A stretch of 64,000 nt of DNA from Scyliorhinus canicula (taxonomy: Eukaryota), in contig NC_052146.1 of assembly GCF_902713615.1 (NCBI RefSeq), forward strand, positions 71,009,238 through 71,073,237. Reading direction: 5' to 3'. Below the pieces are notes generated by a model, which saw only the letters and a list, made by a program, of their open reading frames with translations, was not told where the DNA came from and made no database searches. This document shows, in pieces, positions 1-13,100 of this stretch. How positions within the stretch are numbered: the first letter of the stretch is position 1; each line of letters opens with the position of its first letter. The position numbers and the translations under genes were made by a program.

Positions 1-386
1 GCAGAAGGAGGCTGTTCGGCCCAACGAGTCTGCACTGGCCCTTGGAAAGTGCACCCTACTTAAACCCAAACCTCCACTCTATCTCCATAACCCCAACTAA
101 TCTTTTTTGTTCAACACTAAGGATAATTTAGCATGGCCAATTCACTTAACCTGCACATTTAGGGGCTTTTCACAGTAACTTCGTTGAAGCCTACTCGTGA
201 CAATAAGCGATTTTCATTTCATTTCATCTTTGGACTGTGGGAGGAAACCGGAGACCAGGAGGAAACTCACACAAACACAGGGAGAACACACAGACTCCAC
301 ACAGACAGTGACCTAAGCCGGGAATCGAACCTGGGACCCTGGAGCTGGGAAGAAACTGTGCTAACCACTGTGCTACTGTGCTGCCC
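1..386 (-). mobile_element. HE1-type V-SINE
   Basis: tRNA-like head gggcagcacagtagcacagtggttagc, V-domain and LINE-derived tail. Confidence 0.88.
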
Positions 387-463
387 TTCAGATGACCTTG
401 ACACTGATTTCCTATCACAGATGTTCCAAGAGCTCTACCACCCCAAAGACACTCACCTCGGCT

Positions 464-793
464 GGTTGGTGGTTAGCACAATTGCTTCACAGTTCCAGGG
501 TCCCAGGTTTGATTCCCGGCTTGGGTCACTGTACGTGCGGAGTTTACATTTTCTCCCCATCTCTGCGTGGGTTTCCTCTGTGTGCTGCGGTTCCCTCCCA
601 CAGTCCAAAGATGTGCAGGTTAGGTGGATTGGCCATGCTAAATTGCCCTTGGTGTCCAAAAAGCTTAGGTAGGGTTACTGAGTTACGGGGATAGGGTGGA
701 GGCATGTGCTTAGATAGTGTGCCCTTTCCAAGGGCTGGTGCAGCCTCGATGGGCCGAATGGCGTCCTTCTGCCTGTAAATTCTATGCTTCTAT
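464..793 (+). mobile_element. HE1-type V-SINE
   Basis: V-domain tgcgtgggtttcctc...ccacagtccaaagatgtgc and tail ttctatgcttctatg. Confidence 0.88.
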
Positions 794-799
794 GCTTAG

Positions 800-2890
800 T
801 GTAGAGGCTCCTAGGACACTATCTGATGTGCACCACACAGCTGATCCAGCACATCAGGTGGAGATAGGAACTCCTAAGAGGCGACCGGTCAGATTGCACA
901 CATACCCCAGGGACTAGCTACTGTCCAGATGGGGTTTGGACAGTCCTATCAATTATGGAGAAGCAGTCACAAAGCCAGGTACTACATGAGCGGTTGTTGG
1001 CGAACATGCAGCACCCACAGATGCAATTGGAGGAGGCCAACCACATGCAGGAGCAGGAGGTAGTGCTGACCATGTGTGCCAACCAGGCCAAGATTGCACG
1101 GGTGGCGTCCATGGTGGAGGCATTGGGAGTAAGGGTTTTGGCTCTGGGTCAGCATGTTCAAGGTCTGGGGCATTCTGTACAGAGACTGGCATGCACTAAT
1201 GCACCGAGCTCTGTGAATTCCCAGACAGGTCGCCTGGAAGGAGCCCATGGCACACAAGTTCAGGGCGACTGTCACCTTGATGTCCACCATATGGCACATA
1301 TGTCACACTGTCCCCCTGCTCAGCCGGAGGCTTCAATGGCATGCCTGGTCCGTCAGGTCCTCGAATGACAGGCACTGCCAGTACCATGCGAGGCCTCATG
1401 CAGTGCCTCCTTTGCATCTCCTTCTCCTCCTCCACGGCCTGTTGGGCGGCTGGCTCTTGATCCTCAGCAACTGCTTCCTGTTCCTCTGGGGCAACCTCTG
1501 CTGCTGCAGCTTCTTCCTTCTAGAGTAGCTCCAGCTTGTACAGTCGCAGTCCTTCCATCAGGGCTGCGGCTACTAGGAGGAAGGCCACCATTGCTGGTTA
1601 TATTGCAATACCTATTGTCTGCAGGGTTCGAAAGGCTGACATGTTAGCATGGTGCGTACTCTCCTGCACAACCAGGTCCGCCAGGCTACACGATGGCCCT
1701 GGCTGGCATTGTGGATTTTGCTCTTACATGTTTCCCCACCCTTCCACCCTCGATTCCCGTACACCTGGCCCCACTGGTGCCAGGCTTCAGTGCCCTGGTG
1801 CCCGTCTCTGCGGCCGAGGGACACTGCATGGCTGACGGGAGTTATACACTGTGGTCATGGCTGATGATGCCTATTCTGGTGCCAATGCCAGCGGTACACT
1901 CCATGGCCCCTGTCTGGCGTCTCCCCATAATAGCTACTGTGGACGTTGTCCTTGGCTGGCCCTGCTGGTGAGAGGTGGCCAATTAGGATCGGGTGTGGTA
2001 TAGCGGAGGGTGAGGTGAGGATGGCATCTGGGATGTGGGGATTGTGGGGTGGGGGCACCCATACGGCCAGTGTCGCTCTGCAGAACCATGGGTCAAGGTA
2101 GGGGGTCAGTGAGGTGTCAGGCAAGGTGGTTGCCTTGTAGGTTGTGTCAATAGCAGTCCGTCCTTGGACACCATCCCAATCCCATGTGGGGTTACCCTGG
2201 CCCCACCCCCGACCCCGTCACCCCCATAGCTCTGGCAACCCGCCCCCAAACCCAGCCAGCCCGGCCAATATCCAGCCCGGCAACCCACTGTTGTGTCTCT
2301 CCATGTCCTATATCCTCACTCAGCCTTATCAGCCTGGCACCTGTTTCCCAAGTTTTAAAAGTACAAGGACTGAGTTTAGGAGGAACTTCTTCACCCAAAG
2401 GGTTGTGAATCTATGGAATTCCTTGCCCGGTGAAGCAGTTGAGGCTCCTTCATTAAATGTCTTTAAGGTAAAGATAGATAGTTTTTTGAAGAAAAAAGGG
2501 ATTAAGGGTTATCGTGTTCGGGCCGGAAAGTGGAGCTGAGTCCACAAAAGTTCAGCCATGATCTCATTGAATGGCGGAGCAGGCTCGAGGGGCAGATGGC
2601 CTACTCCTGCTCCTAGTTCTTATGTTCTAAGTGATCCTCGGCGTTGGAAATTCCGTCCAGTGGAGGCAGAGAATCGTGGGGACCCCGTAGAATACCGGGT
2701 CAGGCTCGGTAATGACATGTCAATGGCATTAACTGTACATATGGAATGGAACACATTGACGCCACTATCAAGGCACCGGAAAATTGCGATTTGGCATGAA
2801 ATCGGCACCTGCCACGATTTGGGCACCTTAACTGATTCTCCACCCAATCGCGTTTCTTGATTCCCGTGTCAGCCGAGGGAGATTCATGCC
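800..2890. mobile_element. Internally deleted PIF/Harbinger-like DNA transposon remnant
   Basis: The plus strand coiled-coil ORF 955-1368 resembles the C-terminus of the Myb/SANT partner. It abuts a minus strand transposase-like N-terminus (RRHCMRPR.V...SFEDL, about 1365-1620). A TIR-like end lies near 2880. Assigned from recalled family resemblance. Confidence 0.5.
2355..2625 (+). mobile_element. CR1/HER1-like LINE 3' end
   Basis: FRRNFFTQRVVNLWNSLP followed by the tail ...cctactcctgctcctagttcttatgttct. Confidence 0.85.
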
Positions 2891-2924
2891 GATGTCCTTC
2901 CGTTCGGAAGATCCAACAAGGGGT

Positions 2925-5790
2925 AATATCCGCTAAATGTATACCTTATCAACCCGCTTTATCAACTTATATTCTTCAATTTGATCTCGCATTCTTTTAA
3001 ACTCCAACGGGTAAGGCTGAAACTGCTTAATCTCTTTTCATAAGGTAAGTCTTTGTGCCCTGACTTTAACTACTCTCTTCATTTTTCTATACTTATATAA
3101 TCGTTTGTTGCAAATTTTTAAATTTGCGCTAGATTATTATTATTATATAATTTCTTTCTTAATTTACTTTTGCTCCTTTTCTTACCTGTTAAAGTAACGC
3201 TTAAATGTTTCTCAATCCTCCAGCGTGCCAGTGATCTTTGCAATATACTGTGCTTTAGTTTTTGCCTTTATGTTAGCTTTACCCTCCTTGCTTAGCCACA
3301 GATGCATTTCCTCCCTCTTATTGCTCTCTGGGATATGTTTTATTCGGGAGGAATTGAGTATGTGCTTACAAGTCTGCCACTGTTCATCTACTGACCAATC
3401 TTGTAATATTTCTTCCCAGTCCACTAGGGCCAAATCGTTCCTTATATCTATGTAATTGCATTGGCTTAACATCAGAACACGAGTGTGAGACATATGTTTA
3501 CTGCCTTCAAACTGAATTTGAAATTCAACCATGCAATGATCACTCTCCCCCAAAGGATCCTTTACTACAAGATCATAAATTAATCCCACCTCATTTTACA
3601 ATGCTGAATCAAAAACAGCCTGCACCCTGGTTAGTTCAAAACTATATTGTTTCAAGTAAAAAATCTCTAATGCACTCTATGAACTCTCCCAAAAGACCAC
3701 ACTTGCCAATTTGATTATTCCCGTCTATGTGCATATTAAAACCGCCCTAACATTGGATTTGTTTGTTGTCATGTCTACCGAGGTACAGTGAAAAGTATTT
3801 TTCTGAGAACAGCTCAAATAGATCATTTAGTACATCACACTAAAATAAAAGAAAAAGAAAATACACAACAGGGCAACACAAGGTACACAATGCAAATATA
3901 TAGACACCGGCATCGGGTGAAGCATACAGGAGTGTCGTATTAATCAGGTCAGTCCATAAGAGGATCGTTAAGGAGCCCCCAGTATTTCCTGGTTTATACT
4001 GCCTTACTGTGGGACTATTGTTAGCGGTCCTTAAGATTACTCCCACTGGGAGCTTCTTTCTCTTGCTATTTCTTATTTCTGGCCAGATTGAATCTACCTC
4101 TTGATCTCCAGTGCCATTATCATTTGTCACAACAGCAATGATCTCTTCCTTTACTAACAAACGTACACCATTTATTTTCCCTTTCTGTCTATTATTCCAA
4201 AACACTGATTACCTTTGAGAATCCAACTCCCAGGACTGGTCTCCTTGTAACCATGTCTCGGTTGTTGCCACCAGATCACACCCCGTTGTCTCTATTTGCA
4301 CTGGCAATTTATTATTTGTTTCCAAATGCCAATCTAATTCAGGTACAAAACTGTCAAATTATTAATTTTCCCTATACTTGTATGATTTCCTGGAGTAATA
4401 TGAAGTTCATGTGCTTTGCCCCTTCCTTTCATTATCTTGTAAGAATTAGCCTCGTCAATAACCTGCAGCCCACCTTTTCACCTTTTCCTTACGTTTTGAT
4501 TTTTTAATTATTTTAATTTTTTAAATTTCCATGACAGTGAACTCCCCCTCCCTCACCCTCTCCCACCCTCTCCCACCACCCACCATTTAGTTTAAAACCT
4601 AATCAACTACCCTTGAAATTCAGTTTGCCAGGGCACTTATACCAGCATGAATTAAATGGAACATGTCCCGACATAAAACCTCCCATGGAATCAAACCCAT
4701 TACTCCCACACCGTAATCTCAGAGGAAGGGGCCACCCATTTAAAATAGAGCTGATGAGGAGCTTCTTGTCCCAACGTGTAGTGAATCTGTGGAATTCCTT
4801 CTCGCAGTATGTTCAAGGCTGAGATAGAATTTTAATCAGTGAGAGAATCAAGGATTTGGGGGATAAGGCGGGAAAGTGGAGTTGAAGATTATCATTTTAG
4901 ATCAGTTGTGATCTAATTGAATGGCGGAACAGACTCTCTGGGTCGAATGGCCTACTTCTGTTCCTATGTCTAATGAGCTTATGGCCCAATATGAGCCTCG
5001 CATTTACATCTTTAAACTGATTGAATCTCTGCCAATTAGTTTGTTGCTCAGGTAGTAATCCGGAGATTATTACCTTTTTGGTTCTGATTTTTCATTTAGC
5101 ATCTAGCTGCTCGTATCCTCTTTGCTCAACCTCTTTCCTCGTTCCACCTATATCATTGGTAGCTACATGGACCATGACAGCTGGATTCTTCTCTTCCCAC
5201 TCCAATTCCTCCGCAACCGAGATGAGATACCCTTAACCTTGGCACAGGTAAGCAACAGAGCTTTCGGGTCTCTCAGTCCTGCCTAAATATAACACTCTCT
5301 ATGCCCTAACTATTCTATGCACGACTACATCTATATTTAAATTTTCTCTCCCGACTTGAACGATTCCCTGCATCACGGTGCTGTGCTTAGTTTGCTCATC
5401 CTCTTTACAGCCCAATCTCTCATTCACACAGGGAGCACAAATCTCGAATCGGTCGGACAAGGGCGGGGGCTGAGGCTCCTGCAGTGCTGCCTCTTGGATC
5501 CCTCAACCAGCCTCACTCGCAGCCACACACTCCTTTTCCCGATCACTGACCGAATTCAAGATAGTTAATCTGAGGGGTGTGACAGCCTCTGATACAGGTC
5601 TCCCTCTCCCTGAAATGTTGCAATATCTGAAGCTCGGACTCCAGCTGGGCCGTTGTTCCTCGAGTAACCAACATTTGCTGCAGATGTGGTCACTATGAAT
5701 CACAATTAGGTCCACTAGCTCCCACATGCTGCAAATACTACACATCATCTGGCCCTGCATCCCTCTCATTTAATTCGATTTTCAATTTGT
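2925..5790 (-). mobile_element. Decayed CR1-clade LINE (ORF1 zinc finger/esterase and ORF2 pieces)
   Basis: CSICSMWELVD...HICSKCWLLEE (5503-5769), KVIISGLLP esterase motif near 5060, and ESDHCMVEF EN motif (3212-3589). Confidence 0.75.
4715..4980 (+). mobile_element. CR1/HER1-like LINE 3' end
   Basis: RGHPFKI...FLSQRVVNLWNS plus the characteristic tail. Confidence 0.8.
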
Positions 5791-6198
5791 CTTTAATTTT
5801 ACTTCTGATCTTTAGTTTTTAATCAACCTATACTCCACATCTTTATTATTGGCATCTTCATACTGATATGAATTGAGGGGTTGTTGGGTTACGGAACATT
5901 CCTACTAGAACAGAGGCAGGAATGGAATGCTTTATCTCCTATTTTTTGACAAATAGGACGAAATGCATAGTTCTTTCTGATAGCTGTACACTTACAAGAA
6001 TAGGCCAAGTAGCTTCCTTCTGTGCAGTGAATTTCTAAAGTTTCCAGATGGAAATCGGATATCATCTCAGAAATACTGCAATTGGTTAAGTCCATTACTT
6101 CCTAACATGTTGGGTAAGGAACAAATTCTTGCCTGCAAGCTTGACTATATTTTCCCTGCCGTTCTATCTATTTAATAAGGTAGTACATCCTAATTTCT

Positions 6199-6422
6199 TT
6201 TTTTTCAATTTAGAGTACCCGATTCATTTTTTCCAATTAAGGGGCAGTTTAGCGTGGCCAATCCACCTACCCTGCACATCTTTTGGGTTGTGGGGGCAAA
6301 ACCCACACAAACACGGGGAGAATGTGCAAACTCCAAATGGGCAGTGACCCAGAGCCGGGATTGAACCTGGGATCTCGGCGCCGTGAGGCAGCAGCACTAA
6401 CCACTGTGCCACCGTGCTGCCC
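6199..6422 (-). mobile_element. Short V-SINE subfamily with an A-tail
   Basis: Exact 16-bp TSD GTACATCCTAATTTCT (6183 and 6423). Confidence 0.92.
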
Positions 6423-7339
6423 GTACATCCTAATTTCTGACCAATTATTAGCGTTTCATAATATAAATAGCTAATTTTAAGTATTGTGACGGTTATGCTT
6501 CAAATAGAATTCATGCCTTACTGGCACCGCTGTCGTATGCGCGTGACAAATTTTACCATATCTGCTTTGTCCTGACCTATCTCTGGTCGTCTATTCTGCC
6601 CCACCTCCAGTGCCCTCTTTCCTACTACATAATTTTGCACATTTTTACCTTTCTTCATCGAGGCCATTGCCTTGATTTACTCCTTCTTGTGATGTCACAA
6701 AGGAAGAAAAGACATAAATGAAAAAGCAGAATACATTGTCCTTTCGCAGGGAATGCCGGCCGAGGGTGGACTGACTTGGCCTCGTCTCAGTGCTAGTGTG
6801 AGGGATTTACCTGCAGAGTGTGCTGTCTCCCACCCTGAGCTGGTGGTGCGCTCATGTACGTCACATCCTATGATAATGGCTGTTCCAGTAGCCATCAAAA
6901 TACCATGTGGCACCACCCCCAGCAGAGGCTGCTGTTGTGATGCGTTCACTGCTGGAGTCTGGGTACAAAAATAGGTCCACCACAGATAAACAGATACACA
7001 CGTAAATACGGAATGGCACTCAGGCTTTCACTCCCACAAAACAATGGTTCCCTATTGGGGAATGGGGATGACGGGGGCGAGACGGAACATGATTTGGGTC
7101 GGATCATGAAGGAGTCAAGCATGGGTGCAGGACCGTGTAGAGCAGTGAAGGAGGGGGTTGAGTGGGTGAAGGATCAGAAGGGGGTGTGGAGGAGGAGGTG
7201 GGAAGGAGGCGTGCATGGGTGTGTGAAGAAGAGGCGATGGGTGCGAAGGAGGGTGGCATGGGTGGCTGAACGAGGTGTGATGGGTGTGATGGAGGGAGCA
7301 TTGGCATGTAAAGAAGGGTTGAAGGGATGAGGGAATGAA

Positions 7340-8270
7340 GAAGGAACTGAAGGCACTGTTGCTAAGTTTGCAGATGATCTGTAGAGGGACAGTAGCGTTG
7401 AGGAAGCAGAAGGGCTGCAGAACGATTAGACAGGCTAGGAGGGTGGGCAAAAAAGTGGCAGATGGCATACAATGTGGAAAAGTGTGAGGTATGCACTTTG
7501 GAAGGAGGAATGGAGGCATAGCCTATTTCCTAGATGGGGAAATGGTAAGGAAATCAGAACCACAACGGGACTTGGAAGTCCTTGTTCATGATTCTCTTAA
7601 GGTTAATGTGCAGGTTCAGTGGGCAGTTAGAAGGCAAATGCAATATTAGCATTCATATCGAGAGGGCTAGGATACAAAACCAGCAATGTACTTCTGAGGC
7701 TGTATACGGCTCTGGTCAGACCCCATTTGGAGTATTGTGAGCAGTTTTGAGCCCCGTATCTAAGGAATGATGTGCTGCAATAGAAAAGGGTCCAGAGGAA
7801 GTTCACAAGAATGATCCTGGAATGAAGAGCTTGACTTATGAGGAATGGTTGAGGGCTCTTTGTCTGTACTCGTTGGAGTTTAGAAGGATGAGGGGGAAGT
7901 CTTCTTGAAACATACAGGATACTGCGAGGCCTGGATAGAGTGGACATGGAGAGGATGTTTCCACCTGTAGGAAAAACTAGAAGCAGAGGCCGCAAGCTCA
8001 GACTAAATGGATAATCCTTTATAACTGAGATGAGGCGGATTTTTTTCAGCCAGAGGGTGGTGAGTCTGTGGAACCCTTTGCCGCAGAAGGCTGTGGAGGC
8101 CAAATCAATGAGTGTTGTTTAAGACAGAGATAGATGGGTTCTTGATTAATACGGGGATCAGGGGTTATGGGGTGAAGGGAGGAGAAGAATATCAGCCATG
8201 ATTGAATGGTGGAGCAGACTCGATCGGCCGAGTGGCCTAATTCTGCTCCTGTGTCTTATGGTCTTATGGG
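7340..8270 (+). mobile_element. CR1/HER1-like LINE 3' portion
   Basis: KFADD region through LVRPHLEYCEQFWAP to a (tctta)n tail. Confidence 0.85.
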
Positions 8271-8834
8271 TTGGGGTGAAGGAGGAGGAATGGCCAGCGG
8301 TAAAGTATTGGGGGTGGGTGTAAGGTCCGTGGGATATGGTCCAGGGGGTTAAGCACCTCTGATCCTAGTTCCCACCATTATGGGCTTCAATTTACAGGTG
8401 GACACCTCATATTCCAGCTGTTCTTCCTCCACTGCTCTCTTCCGAACTCTCAAACACTGGGCGCCGCCACCGCGATGTGGTACCGCGAGGCTGAGTTTCC
8501 CCTGATTCCCTGCTGACGCTCCTCGCTGTGCAAATGCTTGGCCACATGCAGCATGGGTAATGGAGCCTGAAGGTTTGATTGTCTCCATTGCGCCTGGGCA
8601 GAACAGAGAGGGACAACAGATAAGTCCCACTCCCTCATTTTTTGGGAATAGTGATTGATTTTAAGTTAGTGGGCGGTTTGCCACATGTCTCTGTATTTGA
8701 TTGTGAGCGACATGAATCAGAGAACATGCATTTAGAGGACTACTCCGAACAATGAAGTTTCTCATTATTTTACATTTTAGCATTAAATTTTAATTTGGCT
8801 AAAAGAACAATGACCTGCTTTTAAGATGTAATTA

Positions 8835-9145
8835 AATCATAAAATCATCTTTATTGTCACAAGTACCCTTATATTAAGGCTGCAATGAAGTTACTGCGAA
8901 AAGCCCCCAGTCATCACACTCCAGCGCCTTTTCAGGTCCACTGAGGGAGAATTCAGAATGTCCAATTCACCTTACAGCACGTCTTTGGGGTCTTGTGGGA
9001 GGAAACCGGAGCACCCGGAGGAAACCCACGCAGACACGGGGAGAACGTGCAGAGTCGGCACAAACAGTGACCCAAGCGGGGAATCAAACCTGGGACTCTT
9101 GCGCTGTGAAGCCATAGTGCTAACCACTGTGTTACCGTGCTGCCC
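8835..9145 (-). mobile_element. V-SINE with an alternative 3' tail
   Basis: Head and V-domain plus a tail ending ...gtgacaataaagatgattt. Confidence 0.82.
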
Positions 9146-10158
9146 TGAGTATTGCAAAGCTCAGAGCCTAGTTTACTTTGTTAAATATTGCTCTATATTT
9201 ACTTGGGTGGGTATTTAACTCAATAAAAACTGCCTGATTTTTTTGTTTGAACTCATGAAAGCCTGCCAAACTAGTTTCTTTGCCCATTCAGTCCAACAGG
9301 TGTGCATGGTGTCGTGGAGGAGCAATCTACTACACCCCACTCTCCCCATATTTTCCCATAGCTTTGACAATTTTCCTCATTGCAATCTTATCTCCTGCGA
9401 TATCGGGGATTCCTAAAGCGCTTCACAGATAATGAAATATTGTTTGAAGTGTAGTCACTGTTGTGACGCGGAGTCATGGCAGCAACGATGTGCACAGCGA
9501 ACTTCCACAAGTAGACACTTCATTAGGACAAAATAGTAATTTGAACTGATGATCAGGGACTGCAAAATATCGGCTCGGGACACCGAGGATACATCCCCTT
9601 GCTGTCTTCGAATACGTTCATGCATTTTTTTTACATCAACCTGGGAGAATAGATGCCGATTGGTTTTGATGTCCCATCCAAACTATGGACCAGTCTCCAG
9701 GTCAGGCTAAATACAATAAAGGCAATATTGTAAATATATGTAAATTCGTGTATGTGACCCGAAAACAAAAGGTTATATAACGACATTTATTTTGTTTGCA
9801 AACCATTCGGCATTCATCAATTTCATTGAAAATACATGTAGATGCCGCTCTACTGTTATTAACAATATCAAAGAAAGAGTTCCTCAGGCGATCAGATACC
9901 ATGGGGGTGTGCGGGTTAGAGAGCAGCGGCTGATCAAAGGGTTCGTTGGCTAATATATTGCGGAATTGAGTGTGGTTATTATTGAGATTGTGAAAATCCC
10001 TCATCACCAATCTCGCGCACAAGCTAAGGAAGGATTGAAGCCGCGCATTGTTTCTGGTAAAATATTTCGAAGAGTTTTTAAACTGGCTTTAATAAACCTC
10101 TTTAACTTGCGATTTATGTATACGAATGAAGCCAATTTAAACAAAATTCTTACCTAAT

Positions 10159-13100
10159 GGACTTCCGGTGGCGGCCTGCAGAAGGAAGTCGAACGTCGGA
10201 GGGCTCCTGCTCGGGGCTTGATTTTTTAGAACCTAATGCCTGGTCCCAGGGGCAATTTTTCAACAAATACGTGCAGGAAGACATAAGGAAGGAGGGGGAT
10301 GCACAAGAACAAAAAGAAGGGGGAGAATGAAGGTTCACCGGGGAGCGTACGGGTCAGCTAGGCGACTGGAAGGGTGGTGGAGGCTGGGTCCCTGGGTGGC
10401 CCACACTGTTCACGGCAGAAAAGATGACCTATATGATGATTGTGGAGATTGAAAAACGGTTTGCAAAGCACTTGGAGGTGATGAGGAAGGAGATGATGGC
10501 GGCGATGAAGGTAATGGTGGAGGTGGCGATTACCCCACGAAGGCGTGTGTCAAAGGCATCGGCTGAGGTGCGGGGGTAGGGTGAGAAATTGAAGGGGGTG
10601 GAGGAGGCCTTGTTGCAACACCGCGATCTGCTCACCTCGATGGGTGAGCAGCTGCAGAGGGTGGTGTAGGCCAACAAAGGTCAGAGAGCGAAGGTGGAGA
10701 ATCTGGGAAACAGATCTAGGTGGCAAAATCTGAGGACCATGGGCCTGCACGAATGGGTTAAGAACATAAGAACATAAGAACTAGGAGCAGGAGTAGGCCA
10801 TCTGACCCCTCGAGCCTGCTCCACCATTCAATGAGATCAAGGAATTCCATAGATTCACAACCCTTTGGGTGAAGAAGTTCCTCCTAAATTCAGTTCTAAA
10901 TCTACTTCCCCTTATTTTGAGACTCTGCCCCCTAGTTCTGCTTTCACCCGCCAGTGGAAACAACCTGCCCGCATCTATCCTATCTATTCCCTTCATAATT
11001 TTATATGTTTCTATAAGATCCCCTTCATCCTTCTAAATTCCAACGGGTACGGTCCCAGTCTACTCAACCTCTCCTCGTAATCCAACCCCTTCAGTTCTGG
11101 GATTAACCTCGTGAATCTCCTCTGCATACCTTCCAGTGCCAGTCTGTCTTTTCTCAAGTAAGGAGACCAAAACTGAACACAATACTCCAGGTGTGGACTC
11201 ACTAACACCTTATACAATTGCAGCATACCCTCCCTGTTCTTAAACTCCATCCCTCTAGCAATGAAGGACAAAATTCCATTTGCCTTCTTAATCACCTGTT
11301 GCACCTGTAACCAACTTTCTGCGACTAATGCACTAGCACACCCAGGTCTCTCTGCACAGCAGCATGCTTTAATATTTTATCATTTAAATAATCATCCCGT
11401 TTGCAGTTGTTCCTGCCAAAATGGATAACCTCACATTGTTGGAGGGCTGAGGCTGACGGAGTTCTTTGCCAAGATGTTGGCAGAGCTGTTGGGGGTGGGG
11501 GAGGGGGGAGATCCATCCCATTATGAACTGGAAGATGCTCATCGGTCATTGAGGACTGAACCGAAGGTGATTGAGCCACTAAGATCAGTGATTATTTGTT
11601 TTCATAGGTGCCATGTGAAGGAGAAGGTCATCAGTTGGGCGAAGCAGAAGCGGGATATTCAATGGGCTGTAGGTGGTATATCCCAGGCCCTAACCATGGG
11701 GTTGGCGAGGAGGCAGGCAGCCTTTGGTCGAGTGAAGACGGCACTGTACAACAGTGGTGTGCGGTTCGGCGTTGTGTGTCCAGCTAAGTTGAGGGTAACG
11801 TACAACTCCAAAGATTTTTACCTTGAGGTGGTGAAATCGGCGGAGTTTGTGAAGGCAGAAGGACTAGGGTTAGAAGTGTGAAATGGGACTGAGGATTGGT
11901 GTTGAACTGAGGATGGGGGGGGGGGGGGTGGAAGATTGCATATAGTTCTATTTTTTATTTCATGTTGTTCTCTGTGTTAAATGTGATGAAGCTGCCTATT
12001 TGGGTGAGGTAGGAGTTGGAAGTTTTTGCAATGATGGTTTTCTGCGGATTGTGTGTTTGCACTGGGTTTGTTTGTTTGAAGGGGCTTTCTTTGTTTTCCT
12101 AGGACTGGGTAGGGAGGGAGGGGATTGTTGAGGAGTGGGTCTGGGCAGCAGCTTCCACAGATCAAGCTGTGTTGGGAGTAAGGTGGGCATAGGGGACCAA
12201 CACTGGGTGAGATGTTTTAGAGAGGAAGTGAATGGGGGGTATTCTGGGAGGGGGAGGGGTTCGATGGCAACAAAGGGGTGGAGCGGACCAGGCTCAGTTG
12301 ACAGGCCCGGAGTTATGATGATGGTGGATAGGAAGGTCGGGGGTGAGCGACCCCTGATCAGGATAGTTACATGAAACATGAGGGGTTTGGGAGCCAGTGA
12401 AGAGGTTGAGGGTGTTTGTGCACCAAAAAATCTTAAACGCCGATGTTGTTATGCTGCAAGCGATTCACCTGAAGGAGCAAGACCAGGTGAGGCTTGGGAA
12501 GAGCTGGGTGAACCAAATATTTAATTCAGGGTTTGACAATAGGGCGCAGGGATAGCAATTTTGGTGGGTAAGAAAGTGAGGTTCTAGATGGAGAAGGTGG
12601 TGGCGGACCAGCGGGGAAGTTACCTGATAGTAACGGGGCATTGAAGCGGAGTTTGGTGGCATTGCCAAGTGTGTATGGCCCTAATTTGGAATATGCAGCA
12701 GTTGTGAGGAAGGTGCTAGGGGTCATTCCGGACTTGGATTCACACAAGTTAATAGTGGGAGGGGACTGGAATTTGGTACAAAAATGGATAGGTCATAGCC
12801 GCGCTTGCTTGCCCAGTTGGGGGAGTGGGGCAAAGGTGCTGACTGGGCTTATAATGGAAATAGGAGGGATCGACCATGGAGGTTCTCGCACCTGAGAGAG
12901 GGGGAGTATTCGTTTTTCTCCTCAGTTCACAAAGTTTATTCGAGGATAGACTTTGTCGTAGTGTGGAAGGCATGGCTGGTGGGGATTAGGGGAGCAGAGT
13001 ATTTGGCGAAAGTGATCTTGGATCATGTGTCGTATTGCATGGACATGGTCATGGAGAAGAAGCTAGTGCAGAGGCTGGGATAGAGAATGGATTTCAGGTT

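Noticed and set aside
1-793. tRNA-like A/B box sequences
   Set aside because: These are SINE heads followed by a V-domain and LINE tail, not tRNA genes.
7013-7330. Purine-rich ORFs
   Set aside because: Low-complexity GA-rich sequence, probably a transposon interior, with no coding signal.
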